Made by a program: the position numbers and the translations under genes
From: Hydrolagus colliei
Lineage: Eukaryota
Assembly: GCA_035084275.1 (NCBI GenBank)
Contig: CM068755.1
Coordinates: 12,338,001-12,402,000 of the forward strand
Length of the DNA: 64,000 nt
Reading direction: 5' to 3'
In this document: positions 38,143-51,068 of the stretch, in pieces
Position numbering within the stretch: position 1 is the first letter of the stretch
How the letters are laid out: every line of letters starts with the position of its first letter
The notes under the pieces: model-generated
What the model was told of the DNA's origin: nothing
What the model saw: only the letters and a program-made list of their open reading frames with translations
Databases searched by the model: none

Positions 38143-38889
38143 AAAATGTTGAATTAATTAAATTAGTATTACAGTTTTGAATGTTTTCTACTATTTCTTC
38201 TGTAAATGTAACATGTTAATGACCTGTTTGTTTTCAATTGAAACTATATTTTTAGTGAATTCATATTTTTATTTTATGCACATAAAAACGCTAACTCCAC
38301 ATCATGAATTTTTGCCAGCTGAAGACAGCCCTTCCCATTGATGACCTGAAACACAGCTGAATCTTCCACTTCAGCCAAGAGACGCCTTCCTAAGCTATGT
38401 TCCCCAGTTAATGCTGATGCATCCAATTTCTTGACACTCCAGTTCCGTTTGAAACACAGCAGTCATGGCTACCTGCCAACTACTGGCTTTAGCTTTCTGT
38501 TTTCAGGCAATCTTTATGACTGAGACATAATTCATGAAATATTAATTGTATAATTTGTATCATCACAATAAAATGAATAAGCGCAAAAAGAATGTTTGAA
38601 GCTAAACTCCTTGCACTTCGTTCACTTCCTTAACAGTGCATTATTGTGCATTCGATGGATAGAAAATGAAAGATAAATGAATGCATTAAGGGGCAAAGGA
38701 TTTTTGGTGAGACGTGTAAGTTTAATATTGCCTATGTGCTTTTGTTCCTTTTGGAATTCTACTGACCTTAAAAATTGAGGTATGTGGGGCATAAGCTTCA
38801 AAGCTTAAATAAAATCCTGTGTTGAACCAACAACAACAACAGGTAATAATATATTTGTGTGAGACAAGACTTTTCTCAAATTGGAAAGA

Positions 38890-39365
38890 AAACAACAACA
38901 GCTTGCATTCATATAGGATCTGTCATGCCTGATGGCATCTCAGAGCTCTGTATTTAGCAGGGTTGGACGAAGGGTCTGGCGATATATCAATATATCGGTT
39001 ATATCGATATAATTTTCATATCGATATGCCGATATCGGAATTTAAAATATATCGATATATCAAAAAATTTGATATGAAAAAAAATCAATATATCGCACAT
39101 ATCGGTATATCGTGTCCAGCGATATATATCTGTATGATGCGGACTTTTTCAACTTGCGCATCCCCGAATACGTGCACACGTCTGAATGCACATGCACCTC
39201 TGAATGCGCGTGCACCTCCTAATGCGCGCACATGTGCAGGACAAAAAAACCTGCGATATCGATATATCGGTATATGTCGATATGGGCAAATCGATATAGG
39301 AAAATTTCGATATCGACGAACCCTAGTTGGACGACAAGCAAGAGAGAAGGAGGAGGGGAAAGGGC
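38890..39365 (-). mobile_element. Decayed L2 3' end split by the hAT MITE
   Basis: AACAACAACAGCTTGCATTCATATAG...GGCATCTCAGAGCTCT lies left of the MITE and a purine-rich UTR complement lies right of it. Confidence 0.55.
38970..39325. mobile_element. Non-autonomous hAT-superfamily DNA transposon (MITE), 356 bp
   Basis: Imperfect TIRs AAGGGTCTGGCGATAT and ATATCGACGAACCCTA; perfect flanking direct repeat GTTGGACG (38962-38969, 39326-39333); many CGATAT/ATATCG subterminal motifs; CpG-rich. Confidence 0.9.
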
Positions 39366-40360
39366 TATATGTGCAGTTGACAAAACTTCATCAACAAAGC
39401 AGTGTATTACTCTTTGAACGTAGTTTAGTCGAGCGACAGTAAATGCTGGGATTTATGCTTTCAAATCCTTTCTTTTCTGAATGACAATGTAAATGGGAAA
39501 GGCTATTTCCTATTTTTTTAAACAAACATTGTTTACAAGTGATTTAAAACTAACCATTTTAGAATAAAATCACATTAGATTTTGTGTAATGAATATAATG
39601 TACACTCATAGCAACTTTGAAAAGTAAGACAAATGCATAATAAATACCCACAAGGATTTTAGCGAATGTTTCTTGCACATGCTTCTCCTTACATTTTCAT
39701 ACACTGTTATGATGCCCAAAATATCACTTAGTATAGTTCTCATGTGAGGGAAACCCACCACAGTGGTTGACTGAAGCTTAATGATAATGGCAGGCTTAAA
39801 GCATCTGTCATGGAAAGTTTCAACATCTATCAGGGAAGCTTAAAAATGTCTGTAAGGGGAAATCATAGAACATCACCCCAAAGGAAGTCCAGATGGCCAC
39901 TTGGTACCCTGATGCATCATTTGAGGCCTGCCAAGAATTCTTCACATCTAACGAAAGATAAATGGTTAAACTCTAGGAAGACTACAAATCTCAGTCTTGA
40001 TCTCAGAATTGAAGATAGCGAAAACGGTTATAGCAGGAGTGAGGTTAGAAGAGAGATATTTAAAGGTTCTGTTGCGGCATTTTGCTAAATGGTTTTGTAT
40101 CTTTAACTAGTTCAGTTCAGAACAGCTACCAAACTTCACTTCAACTGTGAAGAATATGATTTCACTATTCATTGTTCTGACATGCAGAAGAAGGTGAGAA
40201 TGAAATCCAATAGTGCCCCAGTACACTCAATTACCTTCGATAATATCAATTAATATTTAGCATTTATCTTCGAACACTAAATCTTAGCTAAATAGATTTT
40301 GTCCATAGCTTGGAAAAGATATCTGTCCCATCTGTATCTAGAATTTGTTCAGGATGGTAA

Positions 40361-40424
40361 GGATGTCCTTCTGATGTGAAAGGCACTCTATAAATGTAAT
40401 TTTGTTGTTTTTTTGTTGTTGTTG
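40361..40424 (+). mobile_element. Isolated L2 3' tail
   Basis: GGATGTCCTTCTGATGTGAAAGGCACTCTATAAATGTAATTTTGTTG...(TTG)n. Confidence 0.85.
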
Positions 40425-41129
40425 TAGGCTGAATGCCTTAGATTTCTCTTGAACTCCCAGGAGATTGGAATTTATACAAATCACCTAGAACCACCGTAAA
40501 TTGGGGTTTAGGCTTGCACTTTCCACTTCTAGATTTCACCAAAGGCTTAGAACATCAATGATGTCTTGGATTATTATAGTCCTGCTTGGAATAAACATGT
40601 CTTTAACCCCTCAGGAGGTCTTCGTAAGAGATATAAGTGCATGCTAATGACCTTGTAATAGTAACAGGCAGAATGGACTCACTGAAATTCAAATGAATGA
40701 CTCAGTTATCTAGAATGATTAGATCATGTTGACATCTGTCCCACTCTACTTCAATGGATAGAACTGTATAATAATACACATCTTACTCAGGACCCTAGGG
40801 TGGGCCCCAACAACTAATAGTGCTGGACAAATAGGAGGCTGAGACTTGGCAAACCAATTTTGTTCAGCTTGGTATCTGACACCTGCTCAAATCATTACAA
40901 TGCTGAAATGAATCCAGACTAAGATACAGGGTGTGCTATATTTGTATGGTTTCTCTATGTCTGGTATGCAATGTGTACCATTTCCTCAGAGGCAATTCTC
41001 TTACTTACCTTTTCCTAAGCAGTCAAAGTACAAGTTGGCATGATCCAACCCTTATGGACCCCTGAATGCCCGTTGGGGTACCAATGGACTTTAATCAACT
41101 AATACCCCAGGAAAATAGGAAGGTTCTTT

Positions 41130-41480
41130 TTCTATTATTGTATCACATTTGCAAATCTAATAGTTCCCAAAGTCCTCCCTTCAGAATGTGGACTTATGCA
41201 TCCTTGAGGTACACTGAACATAGCAGATCTCATTAGGGTTTGAATAATGACTAAGAATAATGACTACTTCAATAAATTGTTGAGGTCATGAACGTTAATG
41301 ACTGCATGAAAGCCCTGAAACTTTTTGAGATAATTAAGTATTTGTAATAGAGGGCTCATAGCTCTTCTGTCAAATGGACCTTCGAAATAGCTCCAGACAG
41401 TAATAAATCACTTAACTCTTCTAATAACATGATACCCCGAGGTTTACTCCAATTTATTTCTGATTTCTGTAAAGTTTAGA
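41130..41480 (-). mobile_element. Possible ancient L1/Tx1 ORF2 remnant
   Basis: Minus-strand fragments INWSK (~41443-41458) and frameshifted EGG.G.LLDL (~41152-41183) in the order expected for L1 ORF2. Confidence 0.35.
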
Positions 41481-41705
41481 AGTGTGGCCATTTTAGGGAA
41501 CCACCAGAAATTCGTCATTCTTCTGTATTGCTGAAATAAACTGGGATAGATATTTGCCAATAGCTAATTTTAAACACTTATGCAGAAACTAATAACTGCT
41601 TGATATGGTCCTTGGCTTGTGTTGGCTATATTGTGTTGGCTATCATGGTTTTTTTCAGAAAGTACCAAAATGAGTGTCTGTAACTGAGAAGGTAGAAAAG
41701 TGTCT

Positions 41706-42121
41706 CAGCCTGGCTGAGTCAGTAGCACACTCCCAAACACGTCAGAAGTGTTTCAAGCCCTACTTTGTGACTTAAATTTGTATAGCCTAGACTGATACTA
41801 CAATGCAGTGCTGGAGATATGTTGCATTGCAGGAAGTGCTGTTCGTTGGATGATACATTAAACCAAGTTCTTGACTGCCTGTTCAGGTGGATGCTAAGGA
41901 TTCCATAGAACTAGTCAAAGAGACAAGAGAATTTTTTTTATCACCGTGACCAACAATCCGTAAATACAATTAAGACTGTGTGTGCGACATTGTTGTGTCA
42001 ACAAATTGGCTGCCACATTCACCTACAAAATATAATAACTCAACTTTACGGAATATCCTGTGAAGTGCTTTAAGATGTCCTCCTCCTTTCGAAATGGTAC
42101 TGTTTAAAGTGTAAGAATTAT
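41706..42121 (+). mobile_element. Full-length Deu-domain SINE (SacSINE1/AmnSINE1-like), decayed
   Basis: tRNA-like head, Deu core TGCAGTGCTGGAG..GTTGCATTG.AGGAAGTGCTG..TTGGATGATACATTAAACCAAG...TCAGGTGGATG.TAAGGATTCCA, then AAATTGGCTGCC and the L2 tail. Confidence 0.85.
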
Positions 42122-44105
42122 ATATGATGTAATACATCTATGGGTGTTTAGATGTTGCTAATTGCAATTTATGATTTGCACCTTTAACAGCACATCTTAG
42201 TCACATTTGCACTAAAAACGAAAAACAATCATGATCAGAAATGGGATCAGAAATGGCATCAAAAACTATTTTTCAATTGTCACTTTATGTTCCGTCCTGA
42301 AATTGCCCTGTGTAACCTGAAGTCTCTTGTTCTGCTGCCTTGATGCATCAAAAACTATTGATATCAGTTTTCTTTCTCAATTCTATTTAAAATCTTGTAT
42401 TGACAATAAAACAATTGGCCCTAGAACAAGCATAGTATAAGTCCCTACAAGAATCATTGAATTTTGTAGGGAAGGGATTCAAATGTGAAAATTTTCACCT
42501 AGTAGATTGTGATAGTTTGCATTTTATTTGATTCACTTTGTGGACTGTGTTGTATTTTGATTCTTTCACCACCTGGCTGTTCCAAGGTCACTTAGTGAAC
42601 TCGCAAAATGGCCGTACTGCGATACACATATGAGCTATATATAAATATAGGTTTTACACTATTTGCTCCCTTAGCTGTGTTTCTTTAAAAAAAAGCATAA
42701 ATTATTTCTGATCAACGAACACGAATCCACCGTCGAACAGCCACTCAATGGAGAAGGCAGGGAGAAGCAATGAAGCACGGTAATGAGTAATCTTATTACT
42801 CAATGGTCTGTGGTCTGTACTGGCCTCTCAAATGCTAGAAGTGTCAGGGAGATAAATAGCAGAATGTCCCATTGAAAAATATGATTAATACCTGCCTCTG
42901 AAGATGTAGTGGAACCAGCTGGCTCGGACAGCAGTTGCATGCTGGGAAGATCCATCGGATTGCAATGGACCAGAGAGGGCAGTGCCTGGGAAAGACAAAT
43001 CATTGCAAGTGGGAGTGCAGGGTACAGTGGAACAGACAGAAGAGGTAGAGACATCCTTTGACTTCGTCAAATTATTTGCTCAGTATAAAATTAAATGATC
43101 CAAATTAGGAAAGCGAACAGTTTGAAACAGTCAAAGCTCACTTGAGTACAGGATAAATACATGAAGTATTACCTTGCCTTTCAAAGTGTAAACATGTCGA
43201 GAGGTAGGGTAGTTATTCATAGTGGAGGGTTTGGCCTCCTTTACAATGAACTTTTTTTTCCCCGCTAATGAAATGATTGATAAGATGGAAGTAGGTGCTT
43301 TAAGATGGAATTAATCATTCTGCATGGTAATTTATTCATGTGTTTCATCATCCACAGAGTGTGATGATCACCTTCCAACAAAGCAGAGGGTAAGTTCAAT
43401 GTTCACCACTGATAATATTGTGAACTTGATATCTTTTTGAGTGTTTTTTGAGAAGGATGTTTTTTGCAGACAATGCAAAACCAGAAAAACACAGAGCTGC
43501 TGCATCACATTACTGTAATCTAGGCACCACTTATCAAGCTGTTAGTTAAGAGGCAATCCTGCAATGGATGAACTGAATTAGTTTCACTACAGAACTTCTG
43601 ACCAATTCATGGGACACAGTCCAACTCCTTACCAAACCCCCCCCCCCAGAAAACAAAACTATCAAGGAGTTATCATTGATATATTTATATATGTATATAC
43701 ACACACCTGTTTGAACTTTACATAAAACAGACACTGGAGAGTCTATGTTTCTGTGTTTGTGGAACTCACAATCTGCCTTAAGCTTGGTACAACCTGTTAG
43801 CTCATTGCTTGGCTAGAATGTATTTTCAACTTCTAAGATTTCCGAATTTTGAGAAAATCCGGTTTAGTTCCACTCACTTTCAATGTAAATGGGAACAACA
43901 GTTTTCTCGCCAAATCAAAGATGGAAACCAGCTGCTTGTGCAATCTGGAATGGTCAGACAGAAGCACACCCATATTGCAGGGAAATGTACCTTTGGCGCT
44001 AATCTTACTAAGAGCAGGCATTGCATTGAAACAAAAAGTTCTGCTCTGGAACATGATAATATTTGGCTTTTTAAAAAAATAGGAACATAGGAAGAAACTT
44101 CCTTT

Positions 44106-44136
44106 AGGTAAAGTACCTAAAATAGGTACTTTACCT
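44106..44136. repeat. Perfect 14-bp inverted repeat with 3-nt loop
   Basis: AGGTAAAGTACCTA-AAA-TAGGTACTTTACCT. Confidence 0.9.
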
Positions 44137-47100
44137 GTTAACTTAATTAAACATTGTTAATTCCCACCAGAAGACCTACCTCTTTCACTGTGCCTATGGT
44201 CGCTTCCTCACCCTTCATCCTTTGGCTGGTGTTTAACCATGCTTCTGGACAGCACTACGAGATGCTATCCTGTGTTTAAATGCAGGTCATGGATATTGTT
44301 GTGGTTGACTGTAGCTATAATGTTATCATCAAAGTAAACTGAATGTAACTTTAGCTTGCAGAAAGGGGTCCTCGTGTGCATACATGATGTATATGGTTAA
44401 GTGTACCTATTAAGCAAGTGGCACAAAGTTCTACCTCTTCAATCCATCATTCATTTTAGAGTAAATGAACTACAAAGCTGGCAATTTTGCATCACAAGTA
44501 ATACAGTCAAGGCGCAAATATTACAAGCTGGCATGCCAAAAGCAAAATTAACAGCCCGCACGGAAGAAATACATGGATGGCGTCTTCTTGGCATCCATCT
44601 TATTTGCAGGAAAAAATTCAGCGTGTCAGCATCTGACATTGACAATGATGCAGGTCAAAGATTTTGTATAATACGGTGAAATTTGGCAAGGCACTTTGAT
44701 CGGGAACACCTGGGTGCTAATAAGGAAAATAAGCACGCAGTTATCTGTCAAGGTTATCTGATAGAGACTGCATCTTTAGTGGCTGCCTATTCAACTAAGC
44801 TGGCAGGTAACACTCTGGCAAGTTGTGCAAGCAAAGCAGGAGGGTTGTTTAGCAGCGGGATCCTGCATGCATGGCTTTCAGATAATTCAACGGTGTTAAA
44901 AAGTGTCAAGTATTCCATTAATTCACTTTGAGAATTGTTTGAAATATTTCAGAATGGAAGCAACAGTGTAACAGCCTGTAAAGGATCAAATTCTAATGCA
45001 CATTACAAACAGGATCAATCAATTACTAACCACAGCATCCAGAGATGAAACGGACAGTTTCTATGACAATGGCACATCATGCATATATTTTCAAAGGATA
45101 AAGCAGTCTGAGAAGTTGTTGCCTGGCTTACAAATGTGTCTTTGTTTATTTTGTTAATATTTTTCCAGCAGTATCTTGAGGGCTGAGTGAAGTGGTGTGT
45201 ATACTTTTGCATTCTTCACAATTTTTGTTTTTCAGAAGTTAATTTCAAGCAATTTGTTTTTTTTACGATACAGTATACAATTTTAGTTCTCTTTAGAGTC
45301 TTCCATTACACATTTTTATGTCACAAAATTCACATCTGCAAACCATACATTGTAATGAAGCTGTGTTTTTTAAAGTGTTGCTGCATCACATAATAGGAAA
45401 GGGATGTGTTAGAACATTGGGATATGAATGTTCCTACTGATATTAGCACTGCAAAATAACTCCATTTTTTTTTAGCGATGAGTGGAAATGGGGAACTGGC
45501 AGTTGGTATATGTTGGTTGAGTTTCTATTCTAAAGTCCAACAGTAACAATTAGGAATCCATTGCAGTCATAATGGAGGAAGGATTCCTCATGCACACATC
45601 CACACATGCACTGACACAAACACAATTGATTGTAAAGGATATATTCCAGCATTAAATGTTTTTAGTTAGCCACGTGTCTGATACATGTGGAAACCCGTAA
45701 CCATTCTTAAGAGTATCCAAACCAGGTTAGGAATTCAATGTATATATGCCACCGACATGTGAACATTTCCCTGATAGCTTGAAAGGATCAAATCAGGAAA
45801 AGCGAACTAAGTAGTTGTCCTCCTCGTATTTGGCATTGGAAAGGTGATCATTTGGTCTTCCGTCAATGGATTGAGCAATTTATAGTTGGCATCATCACCA
45901 TGTAGAGGATACAGCCACAATCTAAGTATAGCGGCCAATAGCTTTACCGAGCTTGAAACAACAGAAACAGTGTTACTTGGTTAAAGCCAAATGGTTTTGT
46001 CCATGAGTTCTTTGAAAAGTAGAATGCTTCGCCCTTCATATTCCACTCCTGTTATCCTTATCCCTCTGCAAGGCTGCTGTTGCCAAAATTAGGATTTGAT
46101 TAGCGTGAGATATTGTTGTTGCTTTGCTAAAACAATTAGTGTACAAGAGCAATTTAACCCTACTTATGGATTCTAAAGCGAGTTAATAATGGTGGTATGT
46201 GAGGTACAGCATCAGTAGTTGTCTAATATTAGTCAGCTCTGCCCTATAATAATTCATTTAATTGATCACTTACTGTTTGTGCATAAATACATGATACCTG
46301 CGACTAATTCAAAACATACCAATGTGCTTTAGCAGTCAAAACACCACAAGTACATTTAATGCCAAAACATTTTCTGTTAAAAGAGCAAATATGCAATAAA
46401 CTACCATAGACAGGGCAATTCAGCCTCAAACATTTAACTGGATAAAGGGATTGTGTTCTGCTACCTGGCTCTCCTCTTGCCTTCAGCCCTGATCCCAAAA
46501 TAGTTTAGGATTTAGGTAATTCAAGCAAAGTACCAAAACACTCAAGCACTTTTATGGCTTCTGTTGTTTTTTGTTTTCCTAGACTGGTTTTTACAAAGAT
46601 GGAGTGGGAGCCCAAACAATTAGAAGTGGAAGTAGGCAGTAAGTGGACTAAAGCAGCGTTAAAGAGAGACATTTGTTAAATAGATTGCATAAATTTGGTT
46701 TCATATTATTGGGCCTCTAAACCCATAGTAAATAATCTGTTTGGGATTAGGTAAATGTCCTGTATATTGGACCTTGGCTTTGGATTTAAATCAATGGAAC
46801 ATTAGCTTTAGTAATCTCATTGCTGATTCAAATACTACAGGATGGCTACTGAACAAGTCAACCTGACTATAATTATAGCATTTGTGGAATGGCTAAAAAC
46901 ATATTTTAACGATTTGAATTGTGTGGACATTTTCACTTTTTTCTGTGTTTGATGTTAAAATCATGCTGAATGAATAGCAGGTTGAACTGTTTGATTTGTC
47001 ATCGAATAATCAATTGGTTGATTGATCAAAATGTAATTTGCCATAACTTTTAATGCAATGTTAATGTACAAAGGTACCACATACAATTCCACTATATATG

Positions 47101-47940
47101 AGTTTTGTTATATATCTTTATAACGGCTAAAGTGTTATGATTATTATTTCGCTTAAAATCCAAGAAGTCGAAAGATAGTTCAAGATTTCAAATGCCTTGG
47201 TTCTCACATTTATTGAATATCACTATACAAAAGTTGCTGAGGAGTGAGAAGTGAGTGATGTTGAATGTAAACTCGGGGTTCACAGGTGCAAGCGGATAAG
47301 ATTTGATGATTGTTTTCTTTATTATACTTCAGCCGATCTACCTTTAAACAAGTGTCACGAAAATCAAGATATTCTCACAAAGTGAGCTAGTACCTTTCCT
47401 TCATGATAAACAGCAGCAATCATTTGGCTTATTAACAGATGTACCAGCATGGCGAATAGTTCACGTGTGCAAACAGATTTGAAAGAAAACAATGAGTTTA
47501 TTGCCCTTTATTATCTTCAGCTTAATCTCTTTAGCCTAGCAGCTTCACTGCACAGTTGGAAGACAATTAATCCTAATAATCAGGTAGCTCATGTCCATTT
47601 CTCATCTTGGCAGCTTTACTTATAATGACAAAAAAGGGAGTGTCGAGGCCAGCTGCATCTTAAAAATGTAAATGACTAAATACACTGAAGGTTGCAACAT
47701 GCTCTTGTTGACAGCAAGTTGCTTTGGCTGTGCAGCAAGTTACTTCGGATAAGTATTTTATAATACAGAAACTACTCTGCCGTTCACCGCAATCACTATG
47801 TGAGCATGTTCCAATGCAGGTGACTAACACTGCTGCATTCCAGACAAGGTCCACATCCTCTCTGTGTGAGACTTCACCCAAATTAACATATTTCACAAAC
47901 CTCTTTACGAAATGCAGTGCAGTTACAAAAAGTTCTGGAC

Positions 47941-48182
47941 AATGATCCTTGCATTTGCTATCACGCCATATGTCGGGAGCGTGTCTCAATGAGTTTCATA
48001 GGATTTACTGTAACGACTAGTGACTGTATCTTTTCAAGTGAATGTGGCACCTAATTTATGAACAACTAGTTCCTTTTAGCGATTATTGCAGTGAATGATC
48101 CATTTTTATTTGGTGGAATGTTGGCCAGGACACTGGGCCATTCTGTTATTGAACAATGGCCTATAATCTTTAACGTTTACCT
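47941..48182 (-). mobile_element. DeuSINE 3' half
   Basis: ATCCTTGCATTTG...GTCTCAA..TTTCATAGGATTTACTGTAA...ATGTTGGCCAGGACACTGGG...ATCTTTAACG. Confidence 0.75.
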
Positions 48183-50927
48183 TTAAATTATGTACGTTTA
48201 CGTCATATCTGGGAACTGGCAAGAGTTGACTGGACCTCATTGAGTTTTTTGAGCAATGCACATAGAGTTCAGTTGGGTAAACCTGCAATATATGGGAGCA
48301 ACTGGACAGTAGCTCTCTCTCTCTTGCTTACTCTCTTTTATAACTCCTCAATACAAAGTGATATAGCACCGGCAAGTGCAGCATAACAGCAGCATTAGTC
48401 ATCTAATTTGGTGAAAAGGAAATGGATTCCCTAGGCCTAAATGATTGTGTTCATTATTCTATTTTGACTGTTTCAAACTTTAAAAAAAAATTCAGACAAA
48501 ATACAGCACCTTCATTACTGTAATTGCTGTATTTTTGTTCCACTGAATGCTTAACATAATGATTCAATTTCTACAAGCCATTCATCTTTTTCACTTAGAA
48601 CTTGAACTCTGTAAGGTGAAGCAAAATGGGATGCAGGACTGGTGCCTGGGAGTTCTTGGAGTCTTTGATCAATAAAAGCGGAGTTATATTTAAAAAGGGG
48701 GAAAAACTTGGTTCACACAAATGTAGTTTGGGGTAAATTAAAGTTGAAACATTGAAGAGTTGAGTATGGGATCAGTTTTGTGATCCGTTTGATACCTTGT
48801 GGGCCAGATGTACACAACATAATCCCCTTTCCTGTGAAGCTAGGTCTGTGACACGAGATCTTAGGTTCATGGGATACCTGGTGTGTTTCCATCTACTGAC
48901 ACCTGATCTATCTTCTGGAAGTCTAATTTCAGCATTCTGACTTCACAGGCCATTGAAAGTGCATTGCATGCTGGCCATTCACGATACACAGGTCCATGTC
49001 TATTCAATGTACTAAATATCTAATGGACCATTAAAATGATCCCAATAAATTCTATCTTTAGCTATTTGCACATGGGGAAATAACCTAAATTTATTCTAAT
49101 GCACTATGTGCTGGGATCATTTGGCATTACTGCTTGAAGTAGTTTAGCAACTCAGCAGGAAGCTTGAGGCCTGGAATTCCACATAGTATTAGCCTGGTAG
49201 ACCTTCTTGTCTGAAAATTCTAGATTGCGCAGGAACTGAACGTTTTCAAATGAAGTTGAAAACTTTGCTCGAAATCAGCTGCAGTAAAATCCCGAGTTGC
49301 ACTGCAACAGATAGCATCAGACAATCAATTCCATTCCTAATGGGTAAAACCCGGAGTCAAATTGTTGCCGTAAAATCAGATTCACACTAACTTTTCACCA
49401 CTGATTTTGATGCAGAAACTACGTACAATCAATGATAAGTGTGCAGTATAAATGGAGGTGTAAGAAGAAGCTGCTGAACTGGTGATAACTGGAGTTGAGG
49501 CTGGCTAATATATCATTTACATTCCACTCATATAAGTGTGATGCTTTGTAACTCACTGTCCCTCCCAGACTACTAAATGAATCGGCATTAAAGAGGGCAT
49601 TAACACAGATGGCAAACTGAAGACCTTTGTAATGGTGAATGATAAATTAGCTTTTATTTTTGCATATTTGGTCTATTATTTGCAGCTGAGCAAAATATTT
49701 CTTGAAAAAAAACAGCTTAAAATTTGAACAGGTTTTTGAAAATGGTCAAATACTGTGTATCAAGTAACAGCTTATTTTATAAGGATATCATTGAATATTT
49801 GACTATTTGCCAAAGCGACTCCACTTTATGTTATGGAACTTTGTTATATGTTAACCCTCGAGTTTTATTCACAACTTCAAGTAAATGAAGGAATGCATTC
49901 TATGTCATTAGAAATTATCTATTATCCTACAAAAAGCAAGCATTAACTGTAGGTCTTTCCCATATCTTTGCTCACTGTCATTGAAAAAGCAAGCATATTA
50001 ATCATAATCACACAGACTAATGTTAACAATCAGTCAAACAGGCCTACAAAATGCTTCATCTAGTGTGACATAAAATTTGCCCTAATTGTGCTGATTTGTC
50101 CTGTAGGACAAACGAGACACAAACAACTGCTTGTGAAGGCACAGATGTTATTGAGTGTGAAAGGCATTTTCACTTAAAGAAATGGTTTCACAATATTATC
50201 TCAATCTTGGTATGTGGTTCTATACCAATAACATTGTGCTAGGGGTCATAAGAAGTTCCCACTGCAATAATGTCTTCTACGATGCATGTTGCAACAATCC
50301 AACGCAGCCACAGCATAACTTGTTAAGCACTAAACTGCACTCCAAAATATAAACAAAAATGGAAGAGAATGAGAGAGAGAGAAAAGACAGTAAAGTAGAT
50401 ACAGTGCAAAATAAGGGAGAGATTACGTCAGTGAGGACACAAAATAGGGCGAGGTTAGGAAAATACCAGACGTGGTGTGAGCAAATGTTTTCAGACATTG
50501 CAAATTGTACTGGCAGTTTCACAGTGGTTGATTTGTAGTAATAATCCTTGCATTTGTCAAAGCCTAATTTTGTGACATGGTAAAATATCTGGCAACATTG
50601 TCAAGTGTTTTGTAGGCAACCGATCACAACCATTCCCTGAAGGACATAAGGAGTACTGTACGACAAATTTATTCTTGAACCTAAGATTTTATTTTGGTTT
50701 TCCAATGATACTAATTGCCCTTAAAACTTTTCCTTAAGCTTCCTGTTGGGAAGTGAACTGAATATACAATTATCATTCTTAGGTCCACATTTGAATTATA
50801 AAAAAAAGATAGCAAACTTGGCAGTTCAAATGGCTCAAATGACTGTAGGTATAGCTCCTAGACAGATGGTGGTAATAAGTACTCTATAAGAACCGAGCAA
50901 GGAAGATGGATTAAAATTGGATACATT

Positions 50928-51068
50928 ATGGCTGTTTGTGTGCAACTGTTATGTGTGCCATTAGCTGCTGTGTTTGCCGACACAATACATTCACTGTCTG
51001 TGAAGCGCTTTGAGACGTCCTTCTGATGTGAGAGGCACCATATCAAGTGTACGGATCATTACTATTAT
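50928..51068 (+). mobile_element. SINE 3' part
   Basis: GGCTGTTTGTG...TTAGCTGCTGTGTTTGCC...TGTGAAGCGCTTTGAGACGTCCTTCTGATGTGAGAGGCACCATATCAAGTG. Confidence 0.85.

Noticed and set aside
38963-39442. 159-aa ORF (longest in the track)
   Set aside because: Runs through the low-complexity MITE repeats; no transposase or other domain motif.
42966-42986. CTCF-like CCAGAGAGGGCAGTG
   Set aside because: Needs a one-base insertion to fit the core.
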